Program-made: the position numbers and the translations under genes
The notes under the pieces: model-generated
Database searches by the model: none
What the model was told of the DNA's origin: nothing
Seen by the model: only the letters and a program-made list of their open reading frames with translations
Source of the DNA: Epiperipatus broadwayi
Taxonomy: Eukaryota > Animalia > Onychophora
Assembly: GCA_028023455.1 (NCBI GenBank)
Contig: JAQFVV010000001.1
Span: 31,000,001-31,064,000, forward strand
Length of the DNA: 64,000 nt
Reading direction: 5' to 3'
In this document: piece after piece, positions 14,851 through 28,900 of the stretch
Layout of the letters: each line of letters begins with the position of its first letter
How positions within the stretch are numbered: the first letter of the stretch is position 1

Positions 14851-15819
14851 TACTATATATATAATGAGTTATTTATTCATATAACGCTATGTTTTATATA
14901 TAAAGTAATCATCCCCATTAATGTTTTTGACTAAGACAGAGTATTGCAACATATGTCGTAGGTTGAAATAGAATATCAATTAATGGTAATCACTCTTTTA
15001 TTAATATATTGTATGTTGTTAAAATATATTTCAAATCTAAATCATTATTAATTAAACAAATAATATTCACAAGGTCATTTAAAAACAATAAATCGGCACT
15101 TAATTAAAATAAAAGTGAGTTTGAAATTAAACTTAAATAAAATTAAATTAATGTTTAATAAATTCGGTGACTTTAAAGATATTTATAAAATAATAAAAAG
15201 ATAAAATATCGAACATAGATAATAATAATTATCAAAAGGAAGAAGACAATTACTCTCTTTATTTTGAGAATAAATATTTTAAAGCAAAATTTTACAGATT
15301 CGTCTCCAATATGTTTAGGCAATTTTTAATAAAGGTGTTCAATATATATATATATTGCTCTACTTATTTTATTTTTTTATCTGGGAAAGAAAAAGAATAT
15401 TGGAAACGGACATTATTATTTTTATTCATAATTATTTTTACTGACATCAAAATGTTGCTGAATTAGCAACAAGTTTGAGTGTGAAAAATTATAACTACTA
15501 ACTTTAGATAAATGGCTACATGTCGAATTTGGATTCATTCACCTATAGTTGAATCACTTATTAATGTTTTACGTATTTAGTGAAAATCTTTTATTTAGTT
15601 TTATTTTAAAGCAGAAAAAAATGTATACATTACACCGATTAAGGAAGTGCTTAATAGGTTAATATTTATATTGTTTTGAGTAAGTGTAGGATTTTATACT
15701 TGGTTCAGAATTTTATTAGTCTCAGGAGATATTAACTTTCAATAATCTTTATTAATAAATAATCATTAAATTTGTTGTTTACAAATTTAGGGCAAGATTC
15801 ATGCAATGCGCTTCAATTC

Positions 15820-17520
15820 TGTCACGTCCAGTGCTTGAACTTATTATGAATACTCAAACATTAAATTATATTTCATCATCATCATTTTCAATTATCATCC
15901 ATTCATTGTATGATTGTCTCTCCAAGTTTTATCCGATTTCTTTGCTTTTCACATCAGCATACTTTTTTATTTCACCCATCCCCCTCACACAAGGTCTCAA
16001 GGATTCAATTTTAAACTTCAACTGTTCATTTATTATCACCTCTTTAAGTAACATATCTACTCCAGCTTCTATTCAGTCTGTTAATCCTTTCAATGATATC
16101 TATGATACATGTTTTTTTTCTCACTTATGTATTTCATTTTTAATCTTTTCTTGTTTGTTCTAACATATATCTTTCCATGCTTCATTGATTGGTTTGAAAT
16201 CTATTTTACTCTTTTTTTTAAGTGTCCAAATCTTAGATCCATAAGTAAAAACTGGTAAAACACATGTATTAAAAAATCTTTCTTTTCAAACACACAAGCA
16301 CAATTACTTTTAATATTAAGTTATTTTAAACAAAAACATGCCATTTATTTGACTATTTTCAACTATTATGTTTCCATGTGTGCTAATAATCTGACCAAGT
16401 TATTTTTACCTCTTAACTTCTTCTAATTCATGGTTATTAATGTTCATTTTCTTTTTTTCTTTTTAGCATTTATCTTTAATTCTACTTACTTATTTTCATC
16501 TGATAAGTCTTGCAACATTTCCTGAAGTTCTGAAGCATTATTTGCAAAAAGCACTCATATCATCTGCAAAATCTAGATGACTTAAATAATCTCCATTTAG
16601 TTTTATTCTTCTATTTTTTCATTTTAGTTCACAAAATTTTTCTTGTAATAATGTTGAATGACCTTTCATATATGTTCTTAATGTTTATCTTCTTAGTATC
16701 ACTATGTAATTTAATCAATGCTGTTGTATTTTGATAAATATTCTCCAAAATATGACAATTTTCTGTGTCTATATCTTCATAATCCAATCTATTAATTACT
16801 ATAGAAATGCTTATAGAATCAAATATTTTTCCATAATCTATAAATTCAAAGCACAATGATCACTCATACTAATTGGTCCTTTCCTATAACTTCTCTCAAT
16901 ACTTAGTTGTGATCCACTTTGCTATAACTCACTTTTAAATCCAAAATTAACTTTAGATAAGTTTAAGCACATGTGCATTGGATTAAACCCTAATATCACT
17001 ATTACATAAAAAAAAACATAATGCTATATAAAATAATATCTCTTTAGATAAGTTGTAATTATCTTGGAAAAAAAATTATATAGGATTGATAAACGATCGA
17101 TAAATTTAGAATTTCTAATATTTTTTTGCCATCTTTCTTAAATATTAATATTACAATTGAATTATTCCAAACATCTGATACATCTTTATCATTTAGACAT
17201 TTGATATATAAGTTTGCTAATAATTTTTCCATTTCTTAATCTGCTTGCTTTATAATATTGATTATAATTCCATCATTTCCTGTAGCTTTTCCCAACTTCA
17301 TAGATTTAATGAACATCTTATTTCTTCAATGAAAATAATTGACAGTTCAGAAGATGTGGTAATTGTAGAAGATATTTTTATATCTTATTCTTTATCACTA
17401 TAAATTCTTTATATAACTGTTTCATATATTTGATCACATCATCTCTTTTTTTAGTATAGTTCCATTTTTTTCTTCTTATTGTGGTAAGTTTTTTATTAAT
17501 ACCAAGATGTGTTACATGTG
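15820..17520 (-). mobile_element. Decayed RTE LINE, linker + RT + 3' end
   Basis: Minus strand reads MKLGKATGNDGII (~17260-17300), IVILIFKK, YLSHLDFADD (~16558-16588), FNTCVLPVFTYGSKIW (~16225-16275) and a terminal (Q)HWT*. The + strand ORF 15801-16163 is its antisense shadow. Confidence 0.85.
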
Positions 17521-20215
17521 CATAAGGATAGGTGTGAATACATGAAAATGTGTAAATGTGTAAAAATATATATAAGTATGAGAGAAGATATGACTAATTG
17601 AAAATTGAATATAGAAAAATACACCAAGACTTTTTAATTTAAACACTGATATATATTTTTAACAAATATATTTACAATAAGAAACATTTTAATAACAAAA
17701 TTTATAACAATATATAAATTATTTAATGTAATATCTATGGTTACTCTTTGATTATAGTTTGTTCAATTATTATTCCAATCTCTTATCCCCTACAAAGAGC
17801 CATATTAATGTAAATGATATACCGACAATTGTCTAAATCATTCTTGGTTGCTACATCATTATATTGGAATTATAATTTGTTTTAATTTCATTAATTTGAT
17901 AGGTTTAGTTCATACCAATCATATTGTTGATATGGGATTCCCTTGTTATATAATGTAATTATATAAAAAGACAGTAAAAGGTCATTTATAAGAGAAATAA
18001 TTAGTCAAGTATACTGAAAACATTTAATTAAAATATTAGTATGAACAAACATATATATATATATATATATATATTGTACCAGTCAAATATATTTTCCACT
18101 CAACATGACATGAACCCATGAAACTGGACTTCAAACCCAGTCAAGTCAAAGAATTATATCAAAGACCGAACTGAATTCAAACCCAATTCATGAGCACAAA
18201 TGAAAAACCTAATGGACAACACATATCGACAGTGCACGAGACTATGCACCTTGAACTAGCTCAACATATATAACGATTAATGAGATCACTTATCTGACTC
18301 TAACTAATGCATGATAAAATGACTACAGATATTTCTGAATAAATTCACATATGTATATTTGGATTGCCAATACAAATAGTGAGCACAAATAGTTAAAACT
18401 AATCAATAAATAATAAGCAATCAAACCAAGTATATATATAAAATGTTTAATAATAAGCAAATATTTGTTCAAATATTTATGATGAGGATTATAAATTATC
18501 TCTAGTCTTTGGAGCATGAATTACAATGTACAATAAATAATGGCAGTTGTACTCATATGCCAATAATTGATATATAAGTATTTAAGAAATATATTTATCT
18601 ATGCCTGACAAAGTAGACAAGTGTAAATAATGAAACCTATGGTGTTTGTGCTGAACGAATCACATACATTATTTGTTATTTGGTATTTTATTTGGAAAAG
18701 AAAATATGATTCTAATTCTATGTAAGAAGGATGGGAACTTTATTTTCCACACATCCATAAATCAATTTATGAACAGCATGATAAATGCTCAGGGTAATTA
18801 TTTAAATTATCAATAAATATAAAATTGTTTGATTTTAATGAAATCATTTCATTATGATTTATAAAGCAAAGAAGCGGGACTTTATTTGAACTAAGAAATA
18901 AATGGTACTAACACATAACAAGCACAAAACAAATATGAAGTAAATGGTTTGTCAGTGATCCAAGAAGTAGGAAGGCAGCTTGTATTCAACAAGTCCTTTA
19001 TGCCCTACAAATGATCCATGGAATACAGAGAAAGCCAGGTCGGGACACAGCCATGAACCTTTGGTGTTCCAATACAGCAACGAGCAAGGAAGGAAGTGAT
19101 TTCTTCCTATATTTTTAAAATATCAATAATATCACTGAAATGACAAACCCAAGAAGCAAGAGGATGGCTCGTGTTAGCAATGTTCTGAATGGTGATGATA
19201 TAATGATCATCATATTTTATTAATAAAGCCCAAATAAAATAATAGATGCTTAATGTAATGACCTGATCATATCAAATTAAAATCAAACTTACTTGGAGCA
19301 AATGTGCTTAAATGCAATTACATAATCATAATAATAATACCCTTTATATCATGCCCTCCCTGAACACAAATATAAGATACAAGATTTAACTTAGAATATA
19401 TTTATTTTATTTTCTTTATTAATTTTCATAAAACATTAATAAATGTAATCAATATGAATAGATAATTTTGTGTAAATTAAATGAACTAGTCGGGAGTATA
19501 TTGATTATAAACTGAGCTAATAATACTTATCAACCATTGGTAAAATAATATCAAACATTAAATAAATCTTTCAACTCGATAATTAATAGAACTGTTATTA
19601 ATTTAGTTTTAACGGGCAATACTTAGGCTATAAAATTTAATGCAATATTATTTTCTTAGGGTAAGTTTAAACAAAAGATATTATTATTGACTTGAAAGTA
19701 TTATTGGCATATTATCACAAATAAATGATATTAATAATCATTAAAATAAATACAATTAAAATTAGTTAAAACGAACCTCCATAGTAGGAGAAAGAAATTT
19801 AACATATTAATTTTAAATCTAGAGATATAAGAAAATAGAGAATTACTATAACAAAATTTAATGCATTATGAAGTGAATAGAGAAATTTCAGGCAGTAGTT
19901 AACTTAAATCATGATTAGAAATATAATTCATAAACAGACCAGAAAGTTGCGGTTTATAAAATAAAAGGTTAGCAGTCCTTCCACGACTCACTCCTTGATT
20001 CAGGAATATAGAATCTGGTTGGATTTAGGAGAGAATGTAGGTATGCACTTAATTCACATAGGATTCATTTAAAGATTAGTTTCCTTTTGGAATTTAGGCA
20101 GTTTATGATCAGTATTGAAATATCCTATCTTAGCAGCAACATTTTGAAAATTTGTTGGAGAACTCAGGGATCCAGCAATCAGATTTCCAAAGTTTTTTTT
20201 TTTCCAAGTGTCATA

Positions 20216-20292
20216 ACATTGGCCGGGACACGAATTCACAACCTGGGCAACTGCCTGTAAGGCAGTCGCGCTGACCTCTCAACCACCAATGC
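20216..20292 (-). ncRNA. tRNA-like cloverleaf (probable tRNA-derived SINE head or pseudo-tRNA; Gly-like acceptor stem, TAC at the anticodon position)
   Basis: Reverse complement is GCATTGG TG GTTG AGAGGT CAGC GCG ACTGC CTTACAG GCAGT TGC CCAGG TTGTGAATTCGTGT CCCGG CCAATGT. The acceptor, D and anticodon stems pair and an A-box (TGGTTGAGAGG) is present. The T-loop is expanded to 14 nt, so it is not a canonical tRNA. Confidence 0.6.
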
Positions 20293-21112
20293 AAGACAGA
20301 TTCCCAAAGTTAGCCACATATCATGCTGAAAATACTATTAAAATTCAAAATTAAAAAGGATGTAGTTTATGGTGGCAACTCCTCTTAAATTAATAGTAAT
20401 GGCTCCCCTATAGAAACTTTTTAGGGTATTTTTACCTTTTCCTATGGTTTCCTGCCCATTCTGATTTTGATGCCTTAAGGCTAAAGCTTTTACATTATTA
20501 CAAACCAAAATTTTCTCTAATTGATTTCCGATCCATTCCTCTGATAAGTCTTTCAAATCCAATAACTTTGACTTTATTTTCTATTTAGAAAATGAATTTG
20601 TAAAATCTGAACAAATGATTTTAATTTAGCACGATCCTTAAAGTTTTAACATCATTTTAACTAATTAATAAAAAATTTCCTGTTGTCTTTGGGAAAGGAC
20701 GACCTGAAAGCTTATTGAAAGAATGTAACTTTTAATCATATAAATTTGAACAAAATGGTAAAATATGAAATAAAACATTCCGATGTAATAAAACTTTATA
20801 AAGAATATATATTTAACTATCTACAAATATATATATATATATACACACATACAATTCACATAATTAATATATATATATATATTATGAATATTTTATCATG
20901 AGGTAATTAATAACATTAAAAAATTTAAACATAAGATAATTAGCTTCAATAAAGTTTTAAATAATAGCTTCAGTTTTAATTAAAGTTAATGTATATTGAA
21001 GATAGTATAAAGTCTCATTACATTCAGAAATATTCACTGTTAGTAACAGAGTTTGAACTAGCTTAAAGATGGGATCTTATGAAGCTCAGATCGAAATTAG
21101 ATCGGACCACTT

Positions 21113-21114
<2 letters not shown>

Positions 21115-21157
<43 letters not shown>
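21115..21157. repeat. (TA)n microsatellite
   Basis: Directly visible. Confidence 0.95.
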
Positions 21158-21159
<2 letters not shown>

Positions 21160-21279
21160 GGTGTAAATATATAAATGTTGGGAATAAATATTGTTAATGC
21201 ACAATTATGTTTTTTATATTAATTCTTATTTATATCAGTTTGTAAAAATTCAAATATTCAATTCTTTTTAATATTTTTT

Positions 21280-22420
21280 AAAATTTTAATATTTCTTCTT
21301 TGCATCATATGTTGTCTTACCTTAGTAGAAAATTTGCAATAAATTGCTGCTTTTTCATACCAACTATCTTTCCTGCTGTTTTTAATAATGTGTTAGTTAT
21401 TTTCAATTTCATTCAAAAGTGAACTGTCTTCAAAATCTGTTAATATTTTAATGATTTTGAAGTTTTAATTTAAATTTATTGGAATGTTTCTAAAGGTTAG
21501 AAATATCAATGGTAAATACAGTTTCTTTAATATATTTTATCTTTTACATTTGAATTAAAACATATCTTACATCTCACTATCTGATGATTACATCTTATGT
21601 TGAATCTATTACAAACATTACAGTCTTGAAATTCATATTTTTTATGAGTCAAAATATAATCCAATTCTTCTATACCTTCATTTGGATACATCTACAAACA
21701 TTCAACATTTATCTGAAAGAAAAAATCATAATATAAAGGTTTGTTTTCCTGAAAACTTCACAAGACTGTATCTTTTCTCATTTCTAATACCATAAACAAA
21801 TTTACTCAGAGCTTTTTCATTCATATTTTCAACATTTATCAATTATAGCATTTAAGTTTCCAATTTAAAAATGTTGTTTGGTTTAATAATAAGCTTTTTG
21901 TACATCCATATAAAATTGTTTACTTCTTCACAATGAAAACTTGTTAGGGCATAAACATGAATTATCTGCATTTGGTATCATCCATTAAGTTCAATAATTA
22001 ATCTTATCATTCTGTTTGATATACCAACAATCTCCACAATGTTGTTTTCCACTTCTTATTTACAGGAAATGCAATTCTATTTGGGTTTCTAATATTTGTG
22101 CCTTTGTAGTAAAGTACATGCTCACTTTTTAAATCAATTGTCTCTACCTTTTATTGTACCTTCATAAAGTCCAACCCATTTAATATTAGACAGTTCTTCC
22201 AATTTGCACAATCTAATTTCACTTGTAAGTGATCTGCAGTTGTAAATATCTAAAGAAAAGGTCATCATCAAATGGTAACCTGGGAATATAATTAGGGAAT
22301 TTTTAGTATCCTCGTCTTCAGCCATCAATCAATGCCTTGGCTGGTAATATTACATTCTCTTGGACATAAGGACCATAATTTCTTTTGCCTGTCATGATTG
22401 TAAATATATATCACAAAAAG
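21280..22420 (-). mobile_element. Decayed RTE LINE 5' part (APE endonuclease and start of linker)
   Basis: ORF 22134-22328 (YNCRSLTSEIRLCKLEELSNIKW-VGL) is an APE N-terminus. It is followed across frameshifts by VGISNRMIRL, QIIHVYALTS..EEVNNFY, YGIRNEK and ELDYILT. Confidence 0.8.
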
Positions 22421-22739
22421 TTTATTTCTACACCCATTCATTCTGCCTTGAAAAAAATTCAACTAATATTTCAGTTATGAACTAACAGGAAATTGAGAAG
22501 AAAGCTCATGGTGTTTTTCAATCTTAAACTCAGAAGCAAAAAGTTAATAAACTCATCACACTAAATGATGTGTATTTCATGTTCATATACTATATGACTA
22601 ATCATACAGTAGCAACAAAACAACAAGAATATACTGAGAAGATATTAAGAATTTGCCCTACTTGATTTTTTTAAAGCTAGTAACAAATGTCTCCTTACAA
22701 TAGTGCCACCTAGTACAAGCTTCAGTAATCAATAGATGC

Positions 22740-23070
22740 ATTATTGTAGTGATAAAGTTGATAATATTTTAATAGTATGTGCAGGGTAAAAAAATAATGG
22801 TCATATGATGTTTCAATGGTTTGCTTTGGGTCTCCTTCCAGTTATCAGAAATCAACTTTCTGTAGAAAAAACCATATTGAATGCGTGGATTATTTATTGC
22901 AAACAGTACTATGTGTATTACACATTAATATACTACTTATGTTTTTCTTTACTTATTTTTGTATTTCCTCATGTATCCAAAGATGTGAAAACAGATATTT
23001 GTCACATAAAAAAGTGCACCAACAAGACAAAAATTGTAATGCTATGCTATAGATCAGTAAATCCTGTGTT
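22740..23070 (+). mobile_element. Possible piggyBac-like transposase C-terminal remnant
   Basis: DKVDN..W..F.W, then TILNAWIIY and CHIKKCTNKTKIVMLC, resemble the piggyBac VDxxD / KW..F.W / NAWIIY / Cys-rich tail order. No TIRs were identified. Confidence 0.25.
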
Positions 23071-24999
23071 ATATGATGTAATATCCCCCCCCCCCATTTA
23101 AATCTAAAGCTGATAAAACAATTAGTTTTTATTGTTTAAGAAATTATATGATTTTGGTAGAACTATTTTTTTCATATATTATTTTGCAATGCAGGAGTCA
23201 GTTTTGTGTCTTTAATGTATTATTTTTTATTATTTTACACATAACAGGAATGAAAGCATTTGAAATTATATGTTTATTTCTTTTAATACTCCCTTACAAT
23301 AATAACATATTAGTCTGTTGACATTCTTATAATATCTAAATATTTAAAAAAAATATTAATATTCGATAGGACTTTAATATGTTTAACTTATGAGAAAATT
23401 ATTAGTAAATATTCAAAATCATTGAAAAACAAATTGTTTTTAACATTCATAAATATTTTAATAGCATAATATTTCACTTTATCAGAAGAAAACCTATAAT
23501 CCATAACACAAAGTTATGGAGAATTATCTTAGCATAATAAGATTAAAAAATATTTAGGTTGAGAGCTAGTTGACATCCTAAATGTTTTTGCCTATTTATT
23601 AAAAAACATTTCATTATAATATTTACAATTGTCATGAATAGGATTTTCATTTGAAATAAAATTAGTAACTGAGAAACATGTCAGGATAGATTTGTGCAAT
23701 AAATGACAAATTATATTTTAGATGATTTTGTGAAGTTATTAAGTTTTAAAACGGGTTTCCTGGTTTATGATTGTTATATAGATAATATCACATATTAAAA
23801 CACTTTATACTATTACTAAGTAAAGGTGTGGACAAATATGAAAAGAATATTTTAAAAATTTGTGATAATGGACAAAAGATATGTAGCTTCTTGCTTCTAT
23901 ATATATAATACTTAATATTTAGGACAAACAAATTAATTCCAACCAAAGCTGAGAGAGAACAATAAAATAGTTAGTGAGAGAGGCAAATATCCTAACCTCA
24001 CATAAGAAATTATTATTATTGATAATACCTAATAACAATTGAGTCGGGATATCTAACATTTTAAATCACTCATTGTGAAAGGCTTTAAAATTAATCATTT
24101 TTGTATTTAATGTATTATATCATATTCAGAAAAACTGAGAGAAATGCTTAAAATTCTAATGAAATTTTGGAATCCAAGACCACTTATTATATATTATTGA
24201 TTTCTTTTCATTATGTGGAGACATCGCATAAAATTTACACATCATCAATAATACACATTAGTGTTTACTGCTTATCAGGAGTTTAAATATATATACAGTA
24301 CATACATTGAGCTATTATTATGTTTTTATATTAATATAGAGTCATTATTTATCTTTCAAGTTTGTCTATTTGAGTTCATTTTAGTTATTATTAATATTTG
24401 AATATTATTGAAACTATGACTTAAAAAATGTGTGATATTAATATTTAACTGTAAATATTAATTCCTTTAGTACATTTAATGTAACTACGGTAATAGCAAC
24501 CTATAAATGTATAGCGTAAGTTCTCTGTCATATTTTTTAAGATTTTTAAATGATTTCTGATACCTAAATGAATTATATGATTTAAAAATTAATATATATT
24601 TTTCCATACTTAATTATAAATTATAAAACAAATGTGATGCTAATTTAATGTTTGGTCCACCTATTAGTTGATTCTACATACTATTTACCAATAACCCATC
24701 AAAAAAACAACAACAACTAATCAATAAAACATTTGCATTTATTCTTGTATTTAGATTGTATATAATACTAGTAGTTTTTATTTGTTATCAATATATTTTT
24801 TGTTAATAATTTATATCTTTTCTTTTGGCAAATAAAATATTTTTATTATAAATAAATTTAAAAATAAATGCACAGACACTTTATTTTTAATTGATTAATT
24901 ATTTTTGGGAGCATTGATGAGTACTATGTACCTCTAACTATGGGCAGACTTATACTTTAATAGCATCAAAACTTTTGTGTAAATTAAGTGTAACTTAAA

Positions 25000-25600
25000 T
25001 AGCTTCATATTAGCACTCATCATTAATATTTTTATGGTCAGCAATATTTTTAACCATATCTTTTTCTCTCCAAGATTTTGAACCTTAACTAATTATAACT
25101 CTCTATTCTATTCTCAAAATTATTCTAATAATGTTATCAATCAATACTTCTTTAAAATGTCTTTAAGATAATTTTTATGATGCAAATATCTACTTTCAAA
25201 AAATCATGTCTAACTTCTTCATTAAATACTCCTCTAATTGAATGAAGATATAACTTTATAGTTGTAAATTCAACCTAGATTACATGTAACATAGTAAAGA
25301 ATGTCTTGCCATTATATTTTCAGAATAGTTCGGAATATTCTTTTTTTTTCTTTCAATTATGCTTTTTAACTTTTCTTGTGCATATTAAGTATATAAGAAA
25401 CTCATTTTAAACTTTCTTATTTCTTTCTTCATATAAAAATTCCAGTTTTAACTTTCCTTACCTCTTTTATCTAAGCATTAATTTGAATAAATGTTTTTTT
25501 AGACTATGTTTAAAAAGAATTCATGCCTCATTTTCTTATATTTATCAGAATGACATTTTTATGTGTAATTAATTGAAGTAATTATATTTCTAGAAATTAT
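25000..25600 (-). mobile_element. Very decayed RTE-like linker/RT-start fragment
   Basis: Minus strand FNEEVRH (~25215-25240) and KIWxxK-like text, in a context resembling the other RTE copies. Confidence 0.3.
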
Positions 25601-28600
25601 GTACATCATGACTAAAAAATCTCAAATGTACTTTATTATGTGAAATATGTTGTTCTATTCAAATTTTTTGTAAAAACATTTTAACAATTGCAAACAATTT
25701 AAAAACTTTGAGTTCTAACAATCCTGACAGCACTTAATCTTTATTTAATCAGTATTAGCAACAATTTTGAAAATCTGCAGCCAGTGATATGAATTGCTGA
25801 ATGTTTAATTAAAAGTGAAAATGTGATTTCACAGGTATTCAAGGTCATTATCAGCATTAGTGACAGAGAAATAATCAATAGAATAAAAAAAAAATATGAT
25901 AATTAAGACATATATTGCTTTTAAAACTGAGGATAATAAAAACAAATAAAAAAAAAGAACAATGGAAATAAAACAACAATAAAAAAAGAAATGATCCTTG
26001 TATTAAATTCTGATTATTTATAAAATAAGATGATCTAACACTCTACCCTAAAAGGCAGTAAAAGACAGTCAGGCACTGATTATCGTGAATCATACATAAT
26101 CTTCATATCTGAAAAATATTCGACTATTTTCCAACTGTGAGTCTCACTATTGGCTTAAATCCAACATCTACTACAAGTATTATGTTTAAACTCATTTCAA
26201 GAATTTCGCAGTAGAAAAGTCTTCAAGTTATTTTCAAAATATTATCAGCACATGTAGATTATATGCATTTAAAAATCTTTAAATTAATAAATCCTACAAT
26301 GTTCTCAGTTCTAAGTATATAATAATTTTTCAATTTAGTACATTTTACTGGATTTTCTAAAAAAAAAAAATTAGAATTTGTATTGTTACAAAAAACTTGA
26401 TATAATTATCTCTATTTGTGAAATTCAATCAAAAACTGCAGCCCTAAGGAAAGTTTTACTAAATATCTTAAAAACAAATTTCTAATAAGTCTTTGCAAAA
26501 CAAATATCAATAAGCACAGAAAAATTTAGTCAACCAGTGAGACAATATGTGAGCATCTTTGTCACAGTTGATTTATCGGTAAATAAATCGTCATTTTTCC
26601 CAACCATGAACAAACATGACGTGTGCTAATAAATTGATATGTGATTTTTAAAAAAGAACAAGCAAAACATTAACACAGCTCTTATAAGTATAAGTGACAC
26701 TATTTAGCATTTCTTAAATTGTTGTTATTTATCATAAAAGTTTAAAAAAGATGAACATAAATTATAGGCTTAGTAATCACAGATGTAAAATAGTTTATTT
26801 TCTGGAATAACTGTTGCATTAAATTTTTGTTATGGTTAAGGTATCAATACCTATTTAATGGAAAGCATTTGCCTTAAAATTTTTTTTACAGTGAAAAATC
26901 ACTAGATATCCATTTTCCAAGTATTGCTGTGTAGCCTTTTGATTTGACAAGGTGTCTGCTATTTGAGAAAATCTTCAACTTAACTGGATTTGAATTGCAA
27001 ATCATGATCATATTATCATAAAGTCTTTTAGTAATAGTGGTTTGGTGCAATAGCAGATTCTGGAGCTTAAGATTCATAGTCCACACCCAACTTCATAATT
27101 TTTAGTACTCATACTTTTTTTATATTCCCAAGCAATAAAAATATTCAATGATTATTTTTAGTTGGAAATTGTAGTCTCTCACAACATTTCCATTCAATTT
27201 ATTTAGTAAACATTTTCATTTATTGCACACAGCTAGAAAAACCAGTTTAGAAATGTTTAGTTCTTGAGTCCATTATCTAGCAGATCCCTCTCTGAAGACC
27301 CTTCACTAATAAATTGTCATTATGTACAAGTAATGTTATCACTTACTTATTACATTCTTTACTACCATTTAGTTGAAAGCATGCTTAGCATAATATGTCA
27401 ATAGAAGTTAGCATATTATGTTAAAACCAATAAATACGTTTTTCTTAATATACATAACGTAAATGTTTATTGTTGAATTATATAGATATCAATAAAACGA
27501 GCATAGGTATTTTTTTAACAATAATATTTTATAACAAAAATCTAACCAGCTGAATGTAAGTTGTTATAAGTGACTAAGAAGGCGATTAAAATATCAAGAA
27601 TTGAAACAGCATTTATACTTTATCCATCACTATTAATGTAAGAAAAAAAACCTTTAAAGGTCAACTTGAAATATTTAAGAGCTGCTTGAGTGTTGAATAT
27701 GTATTAGTAGTAGAAGTTAAATATTCATTATTTCAAGATATCATAATTCTACAAAGCAGTCAAGATTTTTTTCAAGGTCTTGAAATCTCTCAACACTGTC
27801 AAGACTGGAAAAGATATTTTACATTTATAAAGTGTTGCAAAGGCTTATCGCTTTAACTGACTTGTCTTGAAACATCACTTACTGTTTCATATTAGCTTAC
27901 AAGCTTCAAAGAACTCTGAGCTATTTTAAAATTCACTAACAGCGTCAATAATAATAACAATGATGCTATTTAAATAATAAGAGCAGTTCATGACACTATT
28001 AATAGATGTATACGAGATACATACATTTATAAAAAGAATTATTCCGAAATTTCAAGGATTATTTATCAGTTAGATTACTATTATTTTTTAAAAGCATTTC
28101 TGCTGAAAAAGAAAAAATTCTCCCCTCATTTTATCACAAGACGTAATTAATAAAAGTTAATTTTCCATGAAATGAAAAATTTTACAACGTGAGATCTTTT
28201 AATTTTTATTGATCTCATATTTCATATAATTAATTATATATATTAGTAATGTTTTGAAATTTATGTTTAACTGCATTATGAGAATGTGAGAGGTGTACAT
28301 GTAGAATGTATTAGACAAATAATATTATAATTTACAAAAGTTAAATTTAGAAATAATTAGTTGAGTTATAAACTATAAATACTAATTAGATAAGTTATGA
28401 ACTAAAAATACTTAGAAGCAGCAAATGAAACAAACTCTAGAGTGCATAATATTATCATCCAATGCTTTGCAAATAATATGAATTCTTTTAAAAATATTAA
28501 TAAAAACTAATTAATTTTATTAAAAATTATATTAAAATGAATGGAGATTAAACAAAATAAGAGAATAACCTTTTATATGAGATTATACTTTAGATACTAT

Positions 28601-28719
28601 AGCAAAAAACATGGCAATAAATTCTAATGCACTATTTTCTTTGCAAATAGAACTCTGATAAAAAGTTATTAAGAAAAGGTATTCCTTTCAAATTTTTGCT
28701 GCTTATTTAGTAGTGGATA

Positions 28720-28900
28720 GATGTTCAAACTGCTATACTGTTTAATGTCCCATGATCTGACAGTCCCAATATGTTGAACTACTGAAGATGGATAATGAAA
28801 CCTGCCAGAACCAATTGTAGTCCAAAATTAGAGCTTACTGAGAAATCCATAGACACTATAAAAATGTAAATCCACAATGTACAGAGCAATTCAGGTGATC
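28720..28900 (+). mobile_element. Possible Tc1-like transposase N-terminal remnant
   Basis: Across frameshifts reads FNVP*S-TV...NLP-RT..PKL...NP, resembling the Tc1 paired-like HTH region (LNVPxSTV..GTxxNLPRxGRPxKL). Confidence 0.25.

Noticed and set aside
15801-16163. 120-aa + strand ORF, and similar antisense ORFs at 13674, 22134-opposed frames, 35201, 36112, 36642, 38396, 39672 and 51077
   Set aside because: They are shadows on the strand opposite LINE coding sequence.
26880-27250. Mariner-like C-terminal remnant on the minus strand (MKLG...IAPNHYY...)
   Set aside because: The similarity to YSPDLAPSDY is too degenerate, and no TIRs were found.
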